Shown: positions 25,183-31,317 of the stretch, in pieces
How positions within the stretch are numbered: position 1 is the first letter of the stretch
How the letters are laid out: every line of letters begins with the position of its first letter
Source: Polyangiales bacterium
GTDB lineage: Bacteria; Myxococcota_A; Polyangia; Polyangiales; Polyangiaceae
Reading direction: 5' to 3'
Length of the DNA: 31,317 bases
Assembly (NCBI GenBank): GCA_038231275.1
Contig: JBBRLQ010000052.1
Span: 1-31,317 of the forward strand
Made by a program: the position numbers and the translations under genes
The notes under the pieces: generated by a model
The model's input: only the letters and a program-made list of their open reading frames with translations
Database searches by the model: none
What the model was told of the DNA's origin: nothing

Positions 25183-26606
25183 GGCGAAACGGCCGTGCGC
25201 GTTTCGTGGTCACGGCCGTCGCGGCCCTCGCGCTGGGCTCGCTGGTCGTCGCCGACGTCGCGTGCAAGGGGGTCCTCGGCATCGACACCGGCCGCTACCT
25301 CGCGGACGGCGGCGCGGGCGCGTGCACCGGCACGATCCGCGTTCGCATCCTCTACGACATGACGGGGCCCACGCGCGACGTCGGAAACGACACCGGCAAG
25401 GGCATCTATGATCTCCTCCGCGCGACCAACGAGGCGGGCGGCGTCCGCGGCTGCCTGCTCGATCTCGACGTCGCCGACACCAAGTACGACGTGCCCACGA
25501 CGATCGCCGCCTACGACGCCTGGCGCGCGCGCCCCGAGTGGACCGACGTCTCCGCCGTCTTCGTTCAAGGCACGCCGATGACCCAAGCGATCGCGCCGCG
25601 CGCGGCGGGCGAGCAGAAGCTCGTCGTCACGAGCTCGTACGCCGGCGAGATCGGCAGCCCGGTGCCCTCGTCGCACGACGTCGGCGTGCCCTCTTTGAAC
25701 GGCTCGTTCACCGAGGCCGTCGTGCCCGTCACCAAGAAGTCGCCGGGCTACCCCTTCGTCTTCTTCCAGGCCACCGACTACACGACGAGCGCGCGCATCG
25801 CCGTCAATCACGCGTGGCAGAAGGGCGCCAAGCGCGTCGGCTTCTTCTACTGCTCGACGAGCGCGTTCTGCGCCGATCCGGTCGACGGCGCGAAGGTCTT
25901 CCTGAAAGGGCTCGGCGGAACGCAGATCGGCCGCGATCTCACGATCGAGCTCGCCGACGACGACGCGACCATCCAGAGCAAGGTCGTCCAGTTTTTCCAG
26001 CAGGAGCTCGCGCACAAAGGGGTCGATCCGACGTACGAGATCGTCGACTGGATCTGGTTCGGCAACACGCGCGCGTCGCTCGCGTCGGTGGGCAAGGCGT
26101 TGCGCGCGGCGGAGCAGCAGCTCGGCTTCCAGGCGTCGGTCATCACGAACACGTACGGCCTCGACGAGGCGCTCTACGCGGCGTGCGGCGACCCGTGCGT
26201 GGGGTTCCTCGGCGTGCAGGCGTTTCCCGCGTGGGGCGATCCGTCGGCCACCGGCATGCAGGCGCTTCAGACCGTGCACGCGAAGTACCGCGCGGTCGAC
26301 GGCGAAGATTCCGCGCTTCACCGCACCGTCGACTACGTGGCCGGCTACGTGACGGCCGCCGCGTGGCGCTTGGCGGTCGCGAGCGCGATCGACGCCGGGC
26401 AACCTGTGACCGGCGCGAGCGTCCGCGACGCGTTCGAACGATTTCGCGATCAGCCTGTCGATGGCTTCGCGGCGCTCAGCTACTCGAAGACCGATCATCG
26501 CCCGCAAGGCGCCGCGCGTGTCTACCGCCTCGGCGCGGCCGGCGCGCTCGAGGTCGTAGGCCAACCGATTTCGATCCAGCTCAGTCCCGACTGGCTAGGC
26601 TGGTGA
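25179..26606 (+). CDS. Periplasmic-binding-protein type I (Leu/Ile/Val-binding-like) lipoprotein (475 aa)
   Basis: TTGA overlap with upstream stop; lipobox-like DVA-C followed by KGVLGID. IRVRILYDMTGPT, NEAGGVRG, DTKYD, GAKRVGF, VTGASVRDAFE and LSYSKTDHRP match the LIV-BP family pattern. Confidence 0.85.
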   Translation: MRRNGRARFVVTAVAALALGSLVVADVACKGVLGIDTGRYLADGGAGACTGTIRVRILYDMTGPTRDVGNDTGKGIYDLLRATNEAGGVRGCLLDLDVADTKYDVPTTIAAYDAWRARPEWTDVSAVFVQGTPMTQAIAPRAAGEQKLVVTSSYAGEIGSPVPSSHDVGVPSLNGSFTEAVVPVTKKSPGYPFVFFQATDYTTSARIAVNHAWQKGAKRVGFFYCSTSAFCADPVDGAKVFLKGLGGTQIGRDLTIELADDDATIQSKVVQFFQQELAHKGVDPTYEIVDWIWFGNTRASLASVGKALRAAEQQLGFQASVITNTYGLDEALYAACGDPCVGFLGVQAFPAWGDPSATGMQALQTVHAKYRAVDGEDSALHRTVDYVAGYVTAAAWRLAVASAIDAGQPVTGASVRDAFERFRDQPVDGFAALSYSKTDHRPQGAARVYRLGAAGALEVVGQPISIQLSPDWLGW

Positions 26607-26612
26607 CCTGCC

Positions 26613-27500
26613 TCACTGCTCCACGCAGTAAATCGCAGCGCTTCCGCCGCACAACGCCCCGGAGCACCCCGATGTCCAGGTGGCGTCGATGCCCCGCGCG
26701 AGGCCCATGAGCGCGCCTCCCGCCGCCGACGTCCAGCTCGTGCACGTCTTGCCGGAGGCGATCGTTCCGTCGGGGTTCGTGCCGGTCCACACCGCGCGAT
26801 CGACGTTGCCGCCGCAGCCGGGCGAGGTCGGGATAATCGTCTTGTTCTCGTCGCGATCGATGGCGTGGCGATGGGGCGTGCTCGTGAGCTCCGCCCAGTT
26901 GCAGGCGACGAGGGTGGTGCCGTCCATCGTGTAGTACGTGTTCGTGGGGTCGTGCGTGATCCGCGATCCGGCGGACGTCGTCTCGTCGCTGAGCCACGCG
27001 CGGAAGTTCGGCTCGAAGACGCCGGCGTTGGCCGCGAGGGTCCCGCAGTTCATGTCGGCGTTCGTGAGGCTGCCGACGCCCGCGAGGGTGTACGTCGCGC
27101 TCGACACGAAGATGCGCTTCGACGTGGCGCCGGGCGTGCACGGCGGGAGCGCGCTGTCGGTGCCCGCGTCCTTGCCCGCGTCGATGCCGGTGTCGATCGG
27201 CGCGTCGATGCCGGTGTCGACGAGGGCGTCCTTGCCGGCGTCGGCGTCGCGCCCGCCGTCGATCGTGATCACGTCGTCGACCGGCGCGTCGGTGATCACG
27301 CCGCCCTCGGCGTCGTTGCCGACCGAGCCCTCCTGTCCGTCGGGTCCGGGCCCATCGTGCACCGTGACGTCGCTCGAGTCGCTGCCGTCGGCGCCAACGT
27401 CGCCGCCGCCGCCGTAGTCGCCGAGATCGAACCCGACCAGCGCGCAGCCGCTCGGCGCCGCGAGGGCCGCCGCGATCACGAAGAAGCGCGCGCCGCGCAT
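26613..27500 (-). CDS. Lipoprotein with Asp-rich linker and DUF1554/endostatin-like domain (295 aa)
   Basis: ATG shares a base with the upstream stop (TGATG); lipobox PSG-C. KRIFVSSATY, ADMNCGTLA, FRAWLSD, IDRDEN, VWTGTNPDG, CTSWTS, IYCVEQ. Confidence 0.85.
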   Translation of the reverse strand: MRGARFFVIAAALAAPSGCALVGFDLGDYGGGGDVGADGSDSSDVTVHDGPGPDGQEGSVGNDAEGGVITDAPVDDVITIDGGRDADAGKDALVDTGIDAPIDTGIDAGKDAGTDSALPPCTPGATSKRIFVSSATYTLAGVGSLTNADMNCGTLAANAGVFEPNFRAWLSDETTSAGSRITHDPTNTYYTMDGTTLVACNWAELTSTPHRHAIDRDENKTIIPTSPGCGGNVDRAVWTGTNPDGTIASGKTCTSWTSAAGGALMGLARGIDATWTSGCSGALCGGSAAIYCVEQ

Positions 27501-28462
27501 CAGAACGTCACCTGCGCCGACGCGCCGCCACCACCCGGAAGCAGCGTCGCCCCCACGCGCGCGGCCGGCGCGCCGTCCTTGCCGCTCGTGAGCACCAAGA
27601 AGGCGCCGACGCCGACGCCCGCGATGCCGACGATCCACGCGACCGTGTTGACCGGCAGCCAGGTCTTGTTTGCAGAGATGGCCGACTGCGCGTCGGCGTT
27701 GCAGTTGGTCTTGCCCTGACAGCCGCTGTCGACGGCGCTCTTCTCGCCGAGGAGCACGAGGCCCGAGACGCCAGCGAGCGCGAGCCCCGCGACGCCGACG
27801 CCTCCGACGATGAGGCCGATGGTTCGCTTCGAATTTCCGCCCGCCAGGATGGTGGGTGTCGGACGCGCGCCGGGACCCGGACCCGGCAGCGGATCACCGG
27901 GCGCGACCTCGAGGGTGCCCTGCCCCGCCTCCTTCAACGTGATGGTCTGCGGGCTCTCCGCGCGGCCCGCCGCCACCGCGACGCACGAGTGCTCGCCCGG
28001 ATCGGTCGGCACCGGAACACCGAGCTCCGCCTCGGCGAGCGCGCGGCCGTCGCACTTCACGACCGTCCCCGCCGGCGCCGACGACGCGAGCGTCACCGTC
28101 AGCTTCGGCATGCGCGGCTCGAGCACCTTGAGCCGCTCGCGCGCCTGCATGACGCGGGCGTCGCTCGGATCGAGCTTGATGATCGCGTCGCGGAAATACG
28201 CGCGCGCGACCACGAACTTTCCGAGGTGCTCCGAGCAGTCACCGAGGTTCAGTTGCGTGCCGATGGACGGATCGAGCGCCTGGCTGTCCGCGAATTTCGC
28301 GCACGCCGTCGCGTAGTCCCCCGCCTGCGACGCCGTGCGCCCGTCCTTGAAGAGCGCGTCGGCCTTCTCGCGGTTCGTCGGCTCCGCGTACGCCGTCGCC
28401 GGGGCGAGCGATGTCGCGAGGACCGCGAATGGAACGAGCCAGCGTGCGCGCATCACCACCAC
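27500..28462 (-). CDS. TPR + PEGA-like protein with C-terminal hydrophobic hairpin (~320 aa)
   Basis: Signal ending AYA-E. TPR: ADALFKDGR..GDYATACAKFADSQALDPSIGTQLNLGDC. PEGA-like DPGEH. Two hydrophobic helices flank CQGKTNC; ends GGASAQVTF. Start is uncertain between 28462 and 28453. Confidence 0.87.
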   Translation of the reverse strand: MVVMRARWLVPFAVLATSLAPATAYAEPTNREKADALFKDGRTASQAGDYATACAKFADSQALDPSIGTQLNLGDCSEHLGKFVVARAYFRDAIIKLDPSDARVMQARERLKVLEPRMPKLTVTLASSAPAGTVVKCDGRALAEAELGVPVPTDPGEHSCVAVAAGRAESPQTITLKEAGQGTLEVAPGDPLPGPGPGARPTPTILAGGNSKRTIGLIVGGVGVAGLALAGVSGLVLLGEKSAVDSGCQGKTNCNADAQSAISANKTWLPVNTVAWIVGIAGVGVGAFLVLTSGKDGAPAARVGATLLPGGGGASAQVTF

Positions 28463-28468
28463 GTTACC

Positions 28469-29824
28469 TCATCGCTGGTCGAGCCAGTTGCTCGACGAAG
28501 GCGGCGGATGCGGCGTGGGGCTCGTCATGCGGCTCGCCGACGGAGGAGGTTGCGGGCGCGTGATCACCACGTGGGAGGGCGCGCCGCTCGGGGCGGTCGG
28601 CGCGGTCGTCGACGTCGGAGGAGGCAGCGCGACCTCCGGGACGGTCTCGGGCGGCGGCGGGATCACGGCGATTGGCGGCGGCACGTTACGGCCTTTGCCG
28701 CCCGACGCGCCCGCGGTCTGGGCGACGACGGCGACGACGGCGATGACCGCCACCAGCGCCGCGGCCGCGATGTACAGCGGCGCACGCCGGCGGAGCGGCA
28801 GGCTCGGCGGCGACTCGACCTCGTTCGAGGCCGACGAGACCGATCCCGCCGTCGCGTGAAGCGTCCGCGCCGACGCGATCGCCGCGATCGACGGCGTCGA
28901 CGTCGGCGAGGACCCCGCGGCGTTCGGGTACGTCACCATCGACGCGATCTCGGCGGGAATGCGCGCGATCGCCTCCTGCATCGACCGCGCGCTCTGGAAG
29001 CGCGCCTCCCGCTCGAACGCGAGCGCGCGCGCGACGAGCTCGGCGACCGGCTTCGGCACCGTGGGCGCCACCTCCGAGAGAGACTTCGCCGGCTTCGTCG
29101 CGGCGAAGACGAGCTGCTCGTTCAGCGTCGACGCCTGGTGCACCGCCTGGCTGGTGAGCAGGTAATACATCGTCGCGCCGACCGCCCAGATGTCCGTCCG
29201 CGCGTCGACGAGCGCCGTCTTGCCCAGCGCTTGCTCGGGGGCCATGAACGCCGGTGTCCCCAGCATCGCCCCCGCGTGCGTGGCCAGCGACGCGAGCTCG
29301 GGCGCGTTGCGGATCTGCGCGACGCCGAAGTCGAGCAACTTCACGCAGCCGTCGCTCGCGAGGAAGATGTTCGCCGGCTTGATATCGCGATGGACGATGC
29401 CCTTCTCGTGCGCGGCGGAGAGGATGTCGAGCACCGCGTGCATCGTGGACAAGATCTCGGTCGCCTGGAACTTGTAGCCAATTCGCTTGGCGCGCCCTTC
29501 GAGCGACTCGCCCTCGAGCAGGTCCATCGTGAAGAAGACCGCGCCGTCGTCGGTCACGTCGTCGTCGTGCACGCGGACGACGCCGGGATGCGCGATGGCG
29601 TTCGACGCGTAGCCCTCGCGCAGGAAGCGCTTGCGTATCCCGCTGTCGAGCGACATCTCGCGGTGCAGGACCTTGACGGCGACGCGGTTGCCGTTGCGGT
29701 GGGTCGCCGCGTAGACCGAGGCCATCCCGCCGACGCCCAGGACGCCGTCGATCCGCCACCTTCCCTTGATGACGGTCCCGGGGGCCAGCGCAGCCCGAGC
29801 GAGGTCCTCGTCGTCGTCGGACAT
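28469..29824 (-). CDS. Membrane-anchored Ser/Thr protein kinase (451 aa)
   Basis: GVGGMASVY, VAVK, HRDIKPAN, DFG, GTPAFMAPE, DIWAVG. TM segment LYIAAAALVAVIAVVAVVA; Pro-rich tail ending NWLDQR. Confidence 0.95.
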   Translation of the reverse strand: MSDDDEDLARAALAPGTVIKGRWRIDGVLGVGGMASVYAATHRNGNRVAVKVLHREMSLDSGIRKRFLREGYASNAIAHPGVVRVHDDDVTDDGAVFFTMDLLEGESLEGRAKRIGYKFQATEILSTMHAVLDILSAAHEKGIVHRDIKPANIFLASDGCVKLLDFGVAQIRNAPELASLATHAGAMLGTPAFMAPEQALGKTALVDARTDIWAVGATMYYLLTSQAVHQASTLNEQLVFAATKPAKSLSEVAPTVPKPVAELVARALAFEREARFQSARSMQEAIARIPAEIASMVTYPNAAGSSPTSTPSIAAIASARTLHATAGSVSSASNEVESPPSLPLRRRAPLYIAAAALVAVIAVVAVVAQTAGASGGKGRNVPPPIAVIPPPPETVPEVALPPPTSTTAPTAPSGAPSHVVITRPQPPPSASRMTSPTPHPPPSSSNWLDQR

Positions 29825-30008
29825 CCGAACGTTAGACTACACCGAGGTCGAACCCACGCAGAGCGCCGCTTAACTGGGGAGTAATGGGTGGGAGATGACG
29901 CGACACGGCACCCGCGGCCGGTCGCTGCTCCTGGCGAGCCTTGAATAGACGCTTGACCTGCCCGTCTGACGAGGTTGTCGTGGGGCGATACCGCTCCGGA
30001 GGAGAAAC

Positions 30009-30503
30009 ATGCGATTTTCTCGGCTCGTCGCCATCATCGGGTTCTCGGGTTTTTCGCTCCTCTCGACCGCTTCGCCCGCCCTCGCCGGCGACAACAAGCC
30101 GGAGTCGGGCGAGCACCACCGCGACAAGGCGAAGGAGCTCATCCGGACCACCATCCGCATCCTCGAGGCGCGCGTCGCCGAGCTCGAGCGGACCATGAAC
30201 TTCGACACCCGTGAGGCCAAAGAGCTGGAGGCCCACGCTGCGATTCGCGATCGCTCCGCCGCCGCCTTCACCGCGAAGGCGAAGGAGTACCGCGAGCTCC
30301 TCGCGAAGATGCCCGCGAACGATCCGCTCCGCTCGCAGCTCGAGCTCATCGCGACGGCGCTCGAGAGCAGCGCATCGCACGACAAGGAGTTCGCGACCCA
30401 GCGCCGCGCCGCCGCGAAGGTGCTCGCCGATCAGGCGACCCAGGCGGCGGAGTTCATCCGGCTCGACAAGATCTCGATCGAGAAGTTCAAGGGGATGCTC
30501 TGA
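30009..30503 (+). CDS. Secreted alpha-helical (coiled-coil-like) protein (164 aa)
   Basis: Strong GGAGGAG RBS; signal peptide ending PALA-G; Ala/Glu/Lys/Arg-rich helical mature region; host-like codon usage. Confidence 0.82.
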   Translation: MRFSRLVAIIGFSGFSLLSTASPALAGDNKPESGEHHRDKAKELIRTTIRILEARVAELERTMNFDTREAKELEAHAAIRDRSAAAFTAKAKEYRELLAKMPANDPLRSQLELIATALESSASHDKEFATQRRAAAKVLADQATQAAEFIRLDKISIEKFKGML

Positions 30504-30588
30504 GTGGAGCGAAGCGCAGCGGAGCGAAACGCTCCTGGGGTGAAGGCGCGACCCGGTCGTTGACCGCGCCACGCGCCTCACGTCACTC
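30502..30588. terminator. Structured intergenic element between convergent genes (possible bidirectional terminator or REP-like)
   Basis: Hairpin GGAGCG-AAA-CGCTCC (30521-30535). Second stem GTGA(A)GGCGCG...CGCGCCTCAC (30540-30581) with inner CGGTC-GTT-GACCG. No U-tract. Confidence 0.4.
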
Positions 30589-30599
30589 CAAGAAACGGA

Positions 30600-31268
30600 T
30601 CACCAGGACGCGGAGAGGGACTTGTCCTTCTTCTTGTCCTTCTTGTCCTTCTTCTTGTCCTTCTTCTTCTCGCCGTGGCCGTTCTCGGACGCGAGGAGCT
30701 TGCCCTTCACCTTGCCGCCGAGGAGATCCGCCGCCATGACGGCCGCGCGGTTCGTCTTCTCCCAGGTGAACTCGGAGCGGCCGAAGTGGCCGTACGAGGC
30801 CGTCGCCTTGTACGTCGGCGTGAGGAGGTTGAGCTCGTCGATGAGCGCCTTGGGGCGCATGTCGAAGTGCTCGAGGATGTACTTTGCAAGCTTCTCGTCG
30901 GAGACCTTGCCAGTGCCGAACGTGTTGACGTGCACGCCGACGGGCTGCGCGACGCCGATCGCGTAGGCGACCTGGACCTCGCAGCGCTTGGCGATGCCGG
31001 CCGCGACGACGTTCTTGGCGACGAAGCGCGCGTAGTAGCAGGCGCTGCGGTCGACCTTGCTCGGGTCCTTGCCGCTGAACGCGCCGCCGCCGTGCCGGCC
31101 CATGCCGCCGTAGGTGTCGACGATGATCTTGCGGCCGGTGAGCCCGCAGTCGCCCATCGGGCCGCCGATGACGAAGCGGCCGGTGGGGTTCACGTGGAAC
31201 TTGGTGTTCTTGTCGATGAGCTTCTTCGGGATCACCTTCTCGATGACGAGCTCCATCACGGCTTCGCG
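30600..31268 (-). CDS. metK: S-adenosylmethionine synthetase, C-terminal part (5' end absent)
   Basis: [70 protein letters not shown]. Recognisable similarity begins at about REAVMEL. Lys-rich C-terminal extension. Confidence 0.97.
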   Translation of the reverse strand, partial: REAVMELVIEKVIPKKLIDKNTKFHVNPTGRFVIGGPMGDCGLTGRKIIVDTYGGMGRHGGGAFSGKDPSKVDRSACYYARFVAKNVVAAGIAKRCEVQVAYAIGVAQPVGVHVNTFGTGKVSDEKLAKYILEHFDMRPKALIDELNLLTPTYKATASYGHFGRSEFTWEKTNRAAVMAADLLGGKVKGKLLASENGHGEKKKDKKKDKKDKKKDKSLSASW

Positions 31269-31317
31269 GTCGACGAGACTCCGGAGCTCATGCCCGCTCC
31301 CATCCAGTACGCGCACG

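Overview
High-GC window whose gene content (many Ser/Thr kinases, TPR/PEGA proteins, Cys-rich lipoproteins, a DUF1592/DUF1552 pair, an FHA-sigma54 activator) points to a myxobacterium of the Polyangiaceae/Labilithrix type (inference). Two housekeeping genes, both cut by the window edge, bound it: glnA (left) and metK (right). About 27 envelope and signalling genes lie between them. I found no mobile element, RNA gene or CRISPR array. The strongest unexplained signal is an identical bipartite motif, TGAGCCG-N15-GCGCTCT, in front of two outward-pointing operons. One operon is DUF1592 cytochrome-like lipoprotein, Tat-exported DUF1552, Cip1-like lipoprotein, outer-membrane barrel. The other is beta-helix lipoprotein, ECF sigma, FecR-TPR, OM protein, RCC1 lipoprotein. 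This suggests one autoregulated cell-surface-signalling regulon with no TonB-dependent receptor, possibly glycan-related. Other observations: a repeated 'transducer -> TPR membrane protein -> variable lipoprotein' cassette; up to four sigma54-type promoters, one with an IHF-like site; probable leaderless genes; a REC-kinase fusion; a non-RD kinase; a GPL-repeat lipoprotein; and a likely chimeric last ~50 bp. Many starts were re-called from translational-coupling overlaps and RBS positions. Family names come from motif recognition only; no searches were run.
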